A stretch of DNA of 64,000 nt from the human T2T-CHM13v2.0 reference genome, Homo sapiens: assembly GCF_009914755.1 (NCBI RefSeq), contig NC_060928.1, one strand, 5' to 3'. Both the position numbers and the translations under genes were made by a program. A model generated the notes under the pieces. It was not told where the DNA came from, made no database searches, and saw nothing but the letters and a program-made list of their open reading frames with translations. How positions within the stretch are numbered: position 1 is the first letter of the stretch; every line of letters begins with the position of its first letter. This document shows positions 1 to 16,587 of the stretch, piece after piece.

Positions 1-139
1 GCTGCTTCGGCATTGCTATTACTCAGGGACTGTTGTTGAATAAATAAATGTACTATGACTAACGCAGGGAACCACAGAACTACTTTTATAAAAAGCAACC
101 TCATTTAATATAGCCACAACATGATATTTTCATTTTAAT

Positions 140-790
140 TCAAATGAACATATCTTTCCATCCCACACAAATCTGTTCCTCCTCCTGGTTCCCTCTTACT
201 GTTTGGCTACATTATCTACTTGGTTGCCCAAGTCAAAAACCTAGGATTCACTATACACATTTTTTTTCTCTTCGTAATAAACTATATATTTTTCCTACTA
301 AATATATTTTATATCTGTCCTTACTTCACTTTCTCATCATTACTATTTAGTTAAGATTTTCATTATCTCTCTTTTCTGGTACTCCTGCTTCAGTTTCAAC
401 CATCTTCTACACTATTGCAGAGCAATCTATCTTCCATGCTACTGCCAAAATGATCTTTTGAATACAAAGAAGTATGAACATCATTCTTCTTTGTTAAATT
501 TTTTTCTCATTGACTGCCCTTAATCTATGTTAGAGCTAATATCTTGCATATGGCCTTTTGTGATGTGTCACCTAACTAGCAGTCCAAGTTATCTCTTGAT
601 CTTTTTCCCATATACACTATATGCATAATAAATTACTTGTGTACATTATACTTTCATACTTTTAAAGCATTCTGTGTAGGGACAAGGATTATTTTCTTTA
701 AACACTTATACCCTCAGAATTCAGTGGAGTGCATTTCACCATCATTTAAAAGGCACATGGTAAATTCTTTTGAAATAATGAATTAATAAA
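140..790 (+). mobile_element. Degraded L2 LINE fragment
   Basis: Pyrimidine-rich sequence with L2-like motifs (ttgcccaagtcaaaaacctagga; ccatgctactgccaaaatgatctttt). Boundaries approximate. Confidence 0.45.
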
Positions 791-1914
791 TATAAATTAT
801 AGGAAAGGGAATTCTTATATTTCTTAAATCTTAAATCATTCTATATTTCATTGTCAGTAATTATCAATCTTTTAAGGAGTAAAAGAAACATTAAGCATTA
901 TCTTTGTTCATTGCAAAGGAATGGCCATAAATAAAACTTATGACTTGAGGCAGCAATAACGTAGCCAGAATTTTTATTTCCTTTAGTATTAAAAAGTAAA
1001 ATGAGTAACCAACACTATAAATAGAATGCTAGATTATGCTTGAATTTACTATTTCACAAAATTTAAAAACACATACAACATTCTGTATTTTAGAAATGTG
1101 ACAACATAAAACATGTTTATGGAATTTTTCGATGATGAGGATAATTGAACTGGCTTTTTCAGAAATTATTATTATCACTACTTTGGTCATCCTACTGCCC
1201 TTAAAACCTATATTATGTTAAAGAGAAAGGATGAAGAATTGTCTCTCCTTGGGAAGATACACAAATTCTTATGTCTTTGGCAAAAAATATATCACAATAA
1301 TAAGAAATATTATACTTCAATAAAAAGTAAATATATTTTATACCACAACAGTTGGCATAAAATTGGGCAGTATTCTCTCTGTGGGACTCACCTTATAGAT
1401 GAGAAACAATAAAGTAATTTTAGAGGATTAACAAGCTCCATAAATCTTACTCTTCTCAAGTTAGCAGCTTTATTTCTCTAGCTGAATTTAACTTCATTTT
1501 ACATTCTATTTTATAGATGTAAGTCAGAGTTTTAAATATAATTAATATAAATTAACATTTAAAGATATATTAATGTATTAATTATCCAGAGCTAAGACAG
1601 GTTATTTGGTATCCCAGTATTTTTCCTACACCAAAACTGTGTCAAGAACACTACAATAAAAAATGAACAATAGAATTTTTAATGAAAGAAAGTACCTTGG
1701 ATCCTAATATGTGAAAAGAAAGGCTACAATATAGTACACTGTAAAATATTCACTTTATCCTGAAATGATCATAAAATAATATGCTCAATTGATTCAGATG
1801 TTTGTTTTATAGCTTTACAAATCAAATTTCATCATTTATTAATACGAAAATCTAATTATTGGGCTTTTACTGCTAAATATTATTATAGATCCTAAAAGTA
1901 CATTGTTTTAGTCA

Positions 1915-2075
1915 ATTCTCATAACTCTGTAAAGTATAAACTATTTTCAGTACTTTACCAAAGAGAAAACTGAGACATGGATTGGTTAAGAGACTTTCCC
2001 ATAGCCATGCAAGGTGGTAGTAGATTTAAAACCAAACTTTCTGAATCCAATCTAGGTGTTTTATTGCTCAGTTAT
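1915..2075 (-). mobile_element. MIR SINE fragment
   Basis: Antisense MIR core-like: agagaaaactgagacatggattggttaagagactttccc. Confidence 0.5.
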
Positions 2076-2219
2076 ACTAGCCTATATATGATTTTTGTTT
2101 ACATCAACATTGGAAGGTGCTCAAGAGGAGACATATATAATAACCTGGTAGTGATTGTGTAGAGAGGAGTATACATTAGCTTGGATGTAGGATTAAATAC
2201 AGTTTAAGAGTGGTACTAT

Positions 2220-3245
<1,026 letters not shown>

Positions 3246-4083
3246 TATTACATGAACTTCTGTTCCCTCCTCTATAAGTTACAGAGAACATTTCAAAGTA
3301 TCCTTTGAAGAGGACTATAACACAAAATGTAGTAAAAGAGATAAATTGGCTAGAATAACACATATCTTAAATATATAGTATTTTAAAAAATGAAACTAGA
3401 TTTTCTAAAATGTCTCAAAATTATTTTCATCTAATACCATCATTTAAAATTTTTACTTAAAAAGTATAAAAACAATGTTTTCAGAAGATTTGGAAAGAGT
3501 GATAATAGCATTCAAAACCACTAAACATTACTATAGAAACCCTTGTCTAACAAATTTGATAATCCATGTTGATAAAAATAAGATATTTTTGATAAAAAAA
3601 GTAATGTTTTTCCCTAAACTACCTTCTCATTTAAACCCTAACCCAGGGGAAAAATTCAAATGATTAAACTACCTATAAAATACAGACATTGACTAGTCAC
3701 AATTGATGCTGGCATGTCCATAAAGAAGGGAAACTGAAAATAATTGCTTCAAATATACCCACATGTGTTCATTGATTATCAGTCCTTCCTGTATTTCATA
3801 TCTCCTTGGTCAAAATATGACATCTTGAAATAGTTTTTTGACATCTGTATTCTTTAATTAATACACTCAGTGAACATTAATTAGGTGAGGTATTGTGCTA
3901 GTGTTACAATGGTAAACAAAACCAGGTATAATTTTTGTCTTTCTGGAGTTTGTAGTACTCAGGCACAGTGGGTACATTGGCACTTCTATGACTCCCTGAG
4001 TAGGCCTGGTATTCTAGAGGCCACCCCAACTATTCTTTCTACCTGCCCATCCAGGAAAGATTCTATTTAGAGATCAAGGTGCG

Positions 4084-4091
4084 CTCTCTCT

Positions 4092-4131
<40 letters not shown>
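4084..4131. repeat. Compound (CT)n(GT)n microsatellite
   Basis: ctctctctctct followed by about 18 GT units. Confidence 0.97.
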
Positions 4132-4132
<1 letters not shown>

Positions 4133-5277
4133 TTGCTGGTTCTCACTTTCTCATGCTGTCTTACACTTACTACCACTTCTACCGTAATCACTTTCCCAAT
4201 GGACTGCTAAATATGTACACCCTAAAACACACATTCAGAGTAAGGATAGGGGGCCCCAGTTCAATCTGAGGTGAAGTTATGTTCTCCTCTTAAGGCTTTC
4301 CTAAACAATCACAAATAGGTTGTCATATTACGCTTTTATGGATTAATACAATTAGTTTTCATTTGAATATTCTTGTGAGTATACTGCATGTGTCAGAACT
4401 TGAAGAGGGAATGAGATGAGAGACATGCCAAATCTTTAAAGATTTTAGGATATATTCCCAGGAGTAGAATTCCTGGGTCAAAGAGTTTGCCTCTTTTGGA
4501 GCCACACTTTTGAATCCGTCTCTGTATTCCCATTTCTTCTACTCTATTATTCCTCCATTTATTTCAATTTGAGTTTCTCCCTTACTGAAATAGCTCTCAT
4601 TAAGATTATCAATGACTTTTTAATTGCAAATGTAACAGTTGATATTCAAGTGTAAAATGAGATAAAATGACTCACTCTCAGTGATAGAAATTCAAAGTTT
4701 TTATACTACTACTCATGACACTTCAAAATTATGCCCCAAACTATTTTTTGCTTAAAATATTTTTCACTCTTATTAGTTTATTACTTCATGCTCCTTCCTT
4801 ATAAATTAATGAGCTAGTTTTATACTTCACAGAAAAACTACAAGCCATTAGATAGACATCACTCAATTCTCTTTGTACTCTTCCCTGCACCACCACTTCC
4901 TCTACAAATTCATGTACCAGTGCGTCCGGGTTTATCTTCATCCCACTATACAATGGAAGTGGTGTAAAGCCAGTTCTTCCACAGTCTTTTCTAGAACTTT
5001 ACTACATTATTTACAAACTTTCAGCCACGTAACTCCAACATTTCTCTCTCCAGTACATTCCAGCCTGTCAGAAATAAGAGGTGGCTAAGATACACTGAAG
5101 CTCTTTTAAAGTCCTCCTAGATAGTAGGTATGGGGAAGGCATAGGGTGGGGAGACCTTTGGTTTACCAATATAGTGAGCACATGTAGGTTGAGCCTCTCC
5201 TATCATCTGATATTGTCCTTGGGTTCTACTTGAGATTAATTCAAACACCAATCAAATCAAGGTTGAGGATCCCTCTC

Positions 5278-5459
5278 TGATATGGTTTGGCTCTGTTTCC
5301 CCACCCAAATCTCATCTCAAATTGTAATCCCCACACTTCCAGGGAGGGACCTGGTGGGAGGTGATTGGATCATGTGGGCAGTTTCCCCCATGCTGTTCTT
5401 GTGATAGTGAATGAGTTCTCATGAGATCTGATGGTTTAAAAGCATGGCAATTTCCCTTT

Positions 5460-5496
<37 letters not shown>

Positions 5497-5662
5497 GCTC
5501 TCTCTCTCTCCTGCCTCGCTTCTCCTTCACCTTCTGCCATAATTCTAAGTTTCCTGAGGCTTCCCAAGCCATGGGGAACTGTGAGTCAACTAAATCTCTT
5601 TTATTTATAAATTACCCGGTCCTGGATATTTCTTTATAGCAGTGTAAAAATGGTCTAATACA
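5278..5662 (+). mobile_element. THE1 (THE1D/C-like) MaLR solo LTR with internal (CT)n expansion
   Basis: Starts tgatatggtttggctctgtttccccacccaaatctcatc, ends ggtctaataca; (CT)n at ~5463-5510. Confidence 0.9.
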
Positions 5663-6325
5663 CTGCCATAGAAAAGATATGATAGTTTAGTTTTTCTGGG
5701 GAAGTAACTTAGAATTCTAAACTTCCAAGGCAGAGATGTCAGAACAATTGCTCTCTACTTATTTGTAAAAGCCTGTCAATTCTTACTTTACTTGTATGTG
5801 TGTCAGCTTCTCTCTGCTAAGGAAGAAGAAACCTTAATAATCATCAAAGGTATCTTCAAAATCTGCAGTGTAAGAGATACCAGTAATGGAACTCATCTAT
5901 AACTATAATTTTATATGGTGATTCTAACAAGGTCCTTACCGTGGTTTTAAAAACATGTTCAAATAAACTGGTTTTGAAAGAAATCACAATAAATCACCTA
6001 TTTTAAGGAACCTATCCATGTGAATATATATTGTAAAAAGAAATTCATTTATTTCACAAAGACATGACTTATAGAAATTTGTTCTATCATTTTTCATAAT
6101 TAATATTATTCAGGGAGTAATGGTTTTAGCAGGAACAAAGAGCCAATGCTTTTGTCTGTCTTTGGTGATATTTAATACTGAATTTCTGATTACTAGTTTG
6201 TAAATTCCAGTGCACAAAGTTTCCATCCTGCTAGACTGTACAGGAGACAGTGATGCATAATAAGTCAGCACTGGATTCCTCAGGGCAGAGACCTCTTGGA
6301 CATATCACTGTGTTAATTGCTCTGA

Positions 6326-6598
6326 GCCTGTAATCCCAGCACTTTGGCAGGCCAAGGCGGGAGGATCACAAGGTCAGGAGATCGAGGGCTTCCTGGCTAA
6401 CACAGTTAAACTCCATCTCTACTAAAAATACAAAAAATTAGCCGGGTGTGGTGGCGGACACCTGTAGTCCCAGCTACTCAGGAGGCTGAAGCAGGAGAAT
6501 CGCTTGAACCTGGGAAGCCTAGGTTGCAGGGAGCCAAGATCGCGCCAGTGCACTCCAGCTTGAGCAACAAAGTGAGACTCCATCTCAAAAAAAAAAAA
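6326..6598 (+). mobile_element. Alu (Sc/Y-like) lacking its first ~20 nt
   Basis: Starts at gcctgtaatcccagcac; A-rich linker, right arm and poly-A present; no clear TSD. Confidence 0.93.
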
Positions 6599-7062
6599 GA
6601 TTTTTTATGAATCTTTATAAAAACTCCCATCTAGCTAATGGGATGGTGGACTCAGTGAACTGTGTTGACTCAGAAGAAATTAAAATCTAGTAATTCTAAT
6701 GGATTGAACAAAGCCAGGACACACAGCTTGTAACAACTCTTTCAGTGCCCATTTCTTATGGCGCTAAGCTTTGTTGTGACAGTTTTGCACAGAGCACATG
6801 CAAAAAAAAAATGCCATTACATATTTTATTAAGAAATGTGTGTTGGTACTGTGTAAAAAGAAGAAAAGAACCTCTCAATACTTTATAAGAACATAAAGCA
6901 ATAACCCAGATGTACTTTCTTTTTTAAGCTCACCATGTGGCAGAAATGGCAAAATATGCTTGGTGAGCGACTGGAGTTCTCAGTATTATAAATGATTATC
7001 ATTTTACAGTTCCCTTTAATGTGGCAGATGCATTTTATTAAAATCAGTGGATTAGAAAATAA

Positions 7063-7539
<477 letters not shown>

Positions 7540-7781
7540 CCGACTTTACTTTTCCTTCAGGAAAATAAAGATTAAACATTTTTATTCTTTTTGTGTTTGA
7601 ATTCCTTTTTTTCCATATAGTCAATATTCTTGTTTCCTAAAGAAGGAAACAAGTTGAATGTGGTCCACACACTATACACACAACTGAAATTTAAAAGCAC
7701 ATTTAAAATGATATCATCCATCAACTCTTAGTAAAGCTACTCAGAGATAGACATGATGTGGTCTCCTTTGGTCCTCATGCC

Positions 7782-8141
7782 TGATATCGTTTGGCTCTGT
7801 GTCCTCCCCACCCAAAACTCATCTCCAATTGTAATCCCCATGTGTCCAGGGAGGGACCTGGCGGGAGGTGATTAAATCATGGGGGTGGTTTCCCACATGC
7901 TGTTCTTGTGATAGTGAGTGAGTTCTCATGAGATCTGATGGTTTAAAAGTGTGTGGTGGTTCCCTGCTCATGCCCTCTCTCTCTCCTTTGCATCCCCTTC
8001 ACCTTTTGCCATGATTTTAAGTTTCCTGAGACCGCCCTAGCCATGGGAAACTGTGAGTCAGTTAAATCTTTTTTTAAAATTTAAATTTTTTTTTTTATTT
8101 TATAAATTGCCCAGTCTTAGGTAGTTCTTTATGGGAATACA
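7782..8141 (+). mobile_element. THE1D-like MaLR solo LTR
   Basis: tgatatcgtttggctctgtgtc...aataca with 5-bp TSD atgcc (7777-7781 and 8142-8146). Confidence 0.9.
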
Positions 8142-9546
8142 ATGCCTGTCCTTCCTCTTGTCCCAAGCAACTTCCTAGTGCTCTCTGATGTCCACACTCT
8201 TATCTTCCTATTCTAGGCCAGACATAACTTTCAGCTAGTATTGTGACCTATTTGATTTATAATTAAGCTCTTCAAGGCCTGAATGTCAACAGGGAGAATA
8301 ACATTTAAATAACTAAATATATTGGTGCTAATGTACTAAGAATCAAGGACCATATAACATCGCTGGGGTTACTACACTATAACTCTGTCTATCTAGTAAA
8401 ATATGTTCATTTGAGTAGTGTCTTTTTGGACAAAAGGTGGAAAGTGAGATACATATTTATTGTGAGGTTTTGTGCTATCAATTTTGAAATTCTCTGTTTA
8501 AAAACATCAATATTAGCAGTCCAATATAAGGACTTTCCAGCCATCTAGGTTGTTGGGTGAGCGAAGGAGGACCAGGAAAGATAGTGGTGAAATTCCTTTG
8601 GAGCAGATGGAAACTATCAAAGAACACAATGTGAATTACTATCTATTTTGCCAAGAGAATGGTTAGTTTACTCCTTTACTTTGAAGCTTACTAGTGATTG
8701 CTTCAAATGCTGATGTACAGTCATTATTCTTTGTTGTAAATTGTCCACAGGTTATTCAATATAGGTTTGCATTTTATTTATTTTAAGATATCAATCACAT
8801 CTTAAAATTATTATGAATACAGTTTCTGGTTTTAATATTTTATTTTTTATAGGAGATATGCCACTGAAGCCTCTTTTTACGCTTATATTTAGCTGTTTTA
8901 AACACATAGTAGACAAAAAGTAGAAGAGGCTGAAATTGTGGTTTGTGTTTTCTTACTTTTCCCCTAGTTCTTACTTCACTGCATGCACTTTTTATGTTTT
9001 CTGAGCAGTTTCTTAACATAGAGATACTTTATGCTGTAGAATAGTGATTGTATTAATTGTACCTGATTTTAGAATTTTATTGGAAATATTTTGATTATGT
9101 CACTGTTAAAGACCTTTTATTCTCTAGATTAGAAAGAACGAACTCAAAGTTCTTTGTGCTTCACATCAAGAAAAAAGTTTAAATAGGGTTACTAAATTGG
9201 GTTACATGAATGATGCAATATGTTTGGAAAAGGCAAACAAAATCACAGTTTTTCATTGATTTCTTCTTTCAATTTCTAGGGTACAACAATGCAAATTTGA
9301 CAGAGCAAATATTTTTTCTCCCTTCCTTTACTCCATTTTCATTTGCAAATAACATGGAACTTAAAATTATTATTTGAAATTATTCTCATTTTACAATAAA
9401 TGGGGCCATAAATGCATTGTAAATAAAACTCTGAATTAGGTGGATTCTATTAAATTTCACAGGATATAACTTTATGGGATTTTTATTTGAACTCACAAGA
9501 AGTGTAAGTACCAGATGGATTTAACATGAAGCTGATGAAATTTCTT

Positions 9547-9665
9547 GAGGCTCCACCCTCATGACCTAATTACCTTACCAAGGCTCCATCTCTTAATACA
9601 ATCATATTGGGGGTTAGAATATCAACATATTAATTTTGAGAGGACACAAACATTAGTCCATTGTA
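9547..9665 (-). mobile_element. MLT1A/MST-type MaLR LTR fragment (LTR 5' end)
   Basis: ccaccctcatgacctaattacc...ttgggggttagaatatcaacatattaattttgagaggacacaaacatt. Confidence 0.7.
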
Positions 9666-10253
9666 TTGGAACATGCTCATTAACTCATTTTTCTTTTTGC
9701 ACAAGACATTCTTTGTGACTCCCTCTCCACTGTCTCCTGTTTTTTTTTTTTTATTTTAAAGTTCTATCATTTTGAATGATAGTGAACAAAAGATGCCATA
9801 ATGTAGTTAATACAATGTGGGAAAGCCTGTCTCCTTTGCACCTTAGATATATAGCTTAGTAAGTAAAACATTTTATTTAACAAAAACTATTAAGTGCTTT
9901 ACATTCCATAAAAATTTAATAACTTAGAACAATTATGAAAAGAGGGGACTACTGAACAACTTGAACTAGAATATGGAATAAAACATTTTTTATTTGAAAA
10001 AGTATGAATTTGAACAAGATAAAGAATATTTATTTTGCATTGTTGTCTGGTTATGTGAAGAGCTTCAGGAAATAAAAAATCTTGAATTGTTTCTCATAGG
10101 ATAACATTAATAAGGTAATTGTGGGTAGTGCATCAAAAAATGGACACAAGCAATTCCAGCACATGAGCCTATCTGCTGTAGAAAGAGCAAAGATTTCTCT
10201 CGAAGCTCTTGGAACACTAGTAGACATCTTCAATACATGTTTTGGCAAACTAA

Positions 10254-10669
<416 letters not shown>

Positions 10670-10699
10670 AAGATTTTGTAAATTCTAATAGTAATACCA

Positions 10700-10885
10700 A
10701 ACAATAATATGGTGCTAGGCACTACTCTAAATACTGCACATGTATTCACCCATTTAACCCTCATTTGACAGATGCAGAAAAAGGCACCAAAAGTTAATTT
10801 TCCAAAATCACACCAGTCCCAAGAGGCAGAGCCAGGAGAGAGATTGAGGCAGCCTCGCTCCAGAGTTTATGCTCTCAACACTATG
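10700..10885 (-). mobile_element. MIR fragment
   Basis: gtgctaggcactactctaaa...acagatgcagaaaaaggcacc...ccagagtttatgctctcaacacta. Confidence 0.5.
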
Positions 10886-11434
10886 TTTCTCTCCTCAAAA
10901 AGGATTATCATAAGTGTGATAACCCATTGGGCTGGGCTTACTCGCATACACTGTCTACATATGAGAGATAATTTTAATTAAATATATCAAATCAATTTTA
11001 TACTAGCTGAACTCTTCTCCTTCTGCCCCCATAGCCAATTAACCAGTTTATGAGATTTGACTATGATATAATTTAGTAGTTATTAATAATTATGTCCATT
11101 TTTCATAAGTCTATGCAAACTTTAATGGCAGCGGAAAAGGTCTTCTTACTCTTTTGGCATTCAAAACTTTTGCACCGTGCTTAGAATTAGTAAATGTTCA
11201 ACAGAATGCTAGCTGAATAGGGAATGAATGATAAAATGCAAAGCATAATGTTAGTGTTTTAGGGGACCCAATAACTGGAACCCCTCTTCCTCACTCAAGA
11301 TCTGAAGTAATAACAAAAACACAAAAGATGCAACATTTGGAAGGTAAAATTTCACCTTTGGTATTTCAAGCTAATATTGGAGAATGTAACTTATGTCTGC
11401 TAACAGATATAACATTTGGCAGCACTTAACCTCT

Positions 11435-11938
11435 TGTATTAATTCTCTATCACTCTATATAAATGATCTCAAGATTTAGCTTCAAACAACAATAAACATT
11501 CATTATATAATATCACACAATGTCTCCTGATGAGGAATTCAGGAGTCGATGGCTCTAGCTCAGCGTCTCCAATGAGGTTGTTGTCAAAATGTTGGCCTGG
11601 GCTGTAGTCTGAAGCTTGATTGAAGCCAGAAGATCTGCCTTGCAAATGGCTTAATTACATCACTTACAAGTTGATGCGGGCTATTGGCAGTATCCTCAGT
11701 CCCTTTCCATAGGACTGTTTGAGTGTCTTCATAACATTAGCAGCTGGCTTCTCCCAGAACGAGCAAGGCAAAAGTCACAATTTCTCTTATGGTTTTGCCT
11801 CAGAAAGTCACACACTGTCATTTCTCCATTATTCTATTGGTTTTACAAGTTAGCCAGATTCAGAGTGGTTGGTGTCTACACAAACAAGAGATAGCCAGAG
11901 GAATGAATCATTGGTGGCCTGTTGGATGCTGGCTACCA
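11435..11938 (-). mobile_element. MLT1 (F/G/H-type) MaLR LTR
   Basis: Antisense MLT1 motifs: aaacaacaataaacatt; gaggttgttgtcaaaatgttggcctgggctg; cagaaagtcacacactgtcatttct. Confidence 0.65.
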
Positions 11939-12798
11939 AGTCTCTTGTCACTGTCAGTGACTGGGGTTGGCCTCCTCCATCAGAAGCTGAACCTGCCAGT
12001 GGAGGAGCATTGTAAAGGAAATGCATGGCTTCCCACTGAGTTCACTACCAGAAAAGAGAAGAACAAAGGGCTGAGCTATGTGGGTCAAGTTTCTTCCTCC
12101 AAACTCAACCATCAGAGTATTGGTCTCAATTCCCCTGGAGCAGAGAGAGTAAGAATGGCAAGAGATGAGGAGTGTTATAATGGAATTAAACATTAAAAGT
12201 GGAATATAATAGTTACAGCACTAACACACAATACAAATTTATGACTGGAAATCCTTTGAACTGGGACCTTAATTCATTGAATTCTAGTGAAGAGGATAAT
12301 AATAATTACCCATATCTATAGAGTTATTTGCAGTTAAAAAGCTCTTTAATGTTCATTCCTTTATTGAATTCTAACAATGTATTATTATCCCCGTTTTGTA
12401 GATGAATAAAAAAGAGGCCCCGAATTTAAGTAATAGATTTAGTTTATATGTGGCAGCACCACAGATAAAATTCAGGTCAGCTTTTGCCATTTTATCTGGA
12501 TGTCTCAGATTCCTTGAAACAGATGTTTTTGTCAGCATAGGTAAAGTAGGATGGTTGTAATATGTATGAAAAAAATACTATTGACTTGATTGGTGGAACT
12601 GAATAGAAGGGGACTATAGAGGTTTAAAATATATTACTTTGAAATTTTAGAATAGAACGGTGGGATCTGTGGGAAAATGGCCACTATAATGTTTTGTTTA
12701 GCCAATACTGGACTTACAAAAAGCTGCAAATTTGTCTTCAGCTGCTTCCTAGATTGTTTCACTCTTCTGCGGCTAAACAGTTAAAGAAAATAAAAGAG

Positions 12799-13163
<365 letters not shown>

Positions 13164-13499
13164 TTATTTTTTTAACGAATTTTTGTCCTTCAACTAAAGA
13201 TGAATTTTGTCAGCTATTGTTTCCTTGTCCATACCTCTTACTGTCAGAACATCTCCCTCATGCAAAAGATTTAGGGTGGAAATTAATAAGAATGGCATTA
13301 TAAAATAATCTCCCAAAGGTACTGCTGTGAATTATCAATTAACACTGTTTGGTGCTTTCATATTTTAAAAGGTTTAAATGGGGAGGTTTAATGTATGTGT
13401 AAAGATGTGTGCAGAGTAAAAGTCCTGAAGCTACTGAAAAGAATACTATCAATCACAGATGGATTTCAGAAATTTCTGAGTGAGGATGCAGATCATGAC

Positions 13500-13800
13500 C
13501 ACATTACTTTGTTTATTCAGATTCAACCAGGGTGTGGCATGCCAGGGGCTGGATATTCAGTGATGACCAAGGCAGACAGGTCTCTCATCCCTAGGCATAT
13601 AATTGAATTAGGAGGAAGCCATCAAATAAGTAAACAGGTTACTATGCGATAAAAAATTGCAGTAGGTACCATAAAAGAATAGATTTGAGAGAATATAATG
13701 AGCCTGCTTTAGATTGGAAGGTCAGAGAAATCCTTATCTAAAGAGAAGAGTTTTAAGGCTAGATCTGAAGAATGAATAAGAACCAGCTGTGAACACTTCA
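13500..13800 (-). mobile_element. L2 fragment
   Basis: gtggcatgccaggggctggatattcagtgatgaccaaggcagac; ggtcagagaaatcctt. Confidence 0.5.
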
Positions 13801-15084
13801 GACTGAAGTTACAGAGATAAAAAAGATTTTCCTTCCCTGGAATTGACTCTATATCTGTGAATGTATGGCTAGATAGAATAACATGTTTGTTATCTCTGTT
13901 CCAAAAGCCTTTCCAGTTCTTACCATGACATCACTACATTATTCCTGTTTTAGTAATATTGTTACATTGAGGAATTATGTAGGAGTTTAAGTAAGCACAA
14001 AATAAAAATATAAATCTATCAGAAAGATCTGAAAAAATGCATTGTTTCCAACATATTTTCTAGGTTGAAAATTGGACGACTTCCCACAGAATTTGTATTT
14101 GAATTAATTGTTCAAATGTATTAACCTTGCTCAGTGGAGTTATTTTCAAAATGTCTTTAGCTTGATCTTAGATAGCAATTTAAATCTTATAAGTCCTTTT
14201 ATTTTCATTCATACAAGACCTAAAAGCAAGTCTCTATGTATATACATCCTTAATTAAAAGAAATTCTTATGGTTATTTTGTTATTTAAACAATATGCTAA
14301 GCTTCACATCTGATACTTTTAATTCAAATATGCTGGTAACAACAAAAATAAACCTTAGCTCACTTTGTTCACAGCATCTATATCAGGTTTTAATTTTTCT
14401 GACTTCTGTATAAGCTTTTTCAGAGATTAGCTATTGCCTTCTCTATCTCAGCATTTCCTAGCCCTAGCATGGTACTTGACAGCTGGTGAGTGTTTCATAA
14501 GTGTTTATTGATGCATCCTTGTTGACTTAAAAAGGTAAAGGGTGTGTGATTGTCTTTTTAAAATAAAATATAACATATTGGTGCTAGAAAGGTGACCTTT
14601 AAGTTGCTATGCCAAATAATTGAACAGTGAATAAGCCTTGGTGCCATGGTTGTTAAAGTTTGGGTGAGTTTTCCCTTAGATGAAATTTGAAAAAAATGTT
14701 TTAAATTTATGATACTATACTTTGTTGGTATGCCATGGTATTTTTGCTTCAAAGAGATTGGGTAATGGTTTCAGTAAAGAAGACAGGCAGGGAAGTGAGG
14801 GGCATGGGAGTTTGCCCACCTGGTCCTGTAGCACTATAATCCATGGAACACGTTTGGGAGATTGTTGGAATGGGAATTGTTTTAATGAGGAAAGTGAAGA
14901 GAGCCACATACGATCTGGATTTCATGGAGTAGAATCTGTCTTCCTTTTCAAAGAGTAAGCTTTACTTTTTACATACATAATGATAATAGGTCCGTATAAT
15001 TTCAGTGAAAACTTTAAAAATCATGTGTATTTTGGAACCATTACACAAAACAGATTTAGACCATTAACTGTTTAGTTAGACTGC

Positions 15085-15300
15085 TAATGTTAGAATCTCA
15101 GCTTCGGCATTGACAAGCTATGTGGTCTTGGACTAGTTAGCTACCCTCTCTGGGCCCAATTTCTTCATTTGCAAAGTGGACATAATACTAGTGCCTGCAT
15201 AAAAGGGTTGTTTGTCCTGAGGATCCAAGTACTTTTTACATTTAAAATGCTAAGAGCTGTACCTTGCACATAGTTAGCTCTATAAAAAGTATTTGTTCAA
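15085..15300 (+). mobile_element. MIR (MIRb-like)
   Basis: MIR core: agctatgtggtcttggactagttagctaccctctctgggcccaatttcttcatttgcaaagtgg. Confidence 0.7.
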
Positions 15301-16587
15301 TAAATCATAATGAATATTCATATTAAAATTCAGGAATGTTACCATAAATTATGGATAAGGGAACTGAAGAATCTTCATCAAGTGCTCCAATTCAATGACT
15401 GGAGTTCATGGGAGAATAGCTCAAATTCAAAGCTTCTAATTCCAAGACTGTCGGCCATATGTGTGCCTGCTTTTTTCCAATTAAGCCACACAGGATTAGA
15501 AATTCTCTGTTACACAGGGCTGGAGTGTAAGAAGAATTATATATAGATCTATAAAGATAAAATCAAAGATCTCTGAGAAGACCCAATATGTGTATAACAG
15601 AATGGATAGGCCCAGACTGTGATGAGTTGCCTTACTGTGAACCACTGTGAGCCACATAGAAATGCATATGACCTTTTTTTCTAATAAGGAAAAAGGCATT
15701 AGGAAAATTGTAGAAATAAACATAAAATTTTGTGTATCATTGAAATAAAAAATGATGAACAATTTGCCACTTAAAATTCTTTTTGTAATGAACAAGATAT
15801 AAATCAACAACAAATGGATTAAATTACTTCTTAGAAAATACTTCAAAGAATATTTCTTGAACGTATAAATTAATGAAGACTTTGAAAAGGTCAGAACAAA
15901 GCAAACGAAGAATTCCTTGGGCAATTCATTGGGCAATCTTGATATATGTGAATTAACAGGCTGTGCTGACAAGTTCTGTGTCATGATTTTTAACCCCTGC
16001 ATCATGAAGTTTGGAGAACTAGAGCAAGCATTTAGAACCCGCTGAGAAGATGGATTTGCTGAGGCTGAACATGCTGAGAAGCTCATCTGACTGACTGAAA
16101 GAATAGTTTATTAAAAGACCTCTGATTCTCATTAGTGATATTGTGAAAAGTCTAATGTCACATTACCTATCACAGAGGTATCTTAGAATTAGCAAGATAC
16201 AAAAAGGACCTGGATATATTGACCCCTATTCCTACCAAAAGAATGAAGTATGTAACATTTTTATAATAATTTTTAACACTTGAGGCATAAAGACATTGCC
16301 TTCTGTTATGTGGAAATGACCATGGAGTTAGAATTGGAATTGGGTCATATCTATTTTACCTTAGCCAATTTCTTGTTTAATTAATTTAGGTAATATTATC
16401 TCTCTTTTTCACTTTCAGACTTGCTTTCTTGAAATCTTCATTCTTCAAATATGTTTTCAGCACCTTTGGATTTTAATGGCCTCTACCATCTTACAGGCTA
16501 TTACATAATAGATGGACAAATAAGAGACATAATTCAGTTTCAGTGTTAAGGAGTTGTTTCTGTTTCAGTAAAGATGTTTTACACATT

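Noticed and set aside
15496-16086. Longest ORF (196 aa, - strand)
   Set aside because: Rich in F/I/L/S as expected from T-rich DNA; no recognisable domain or splice context.
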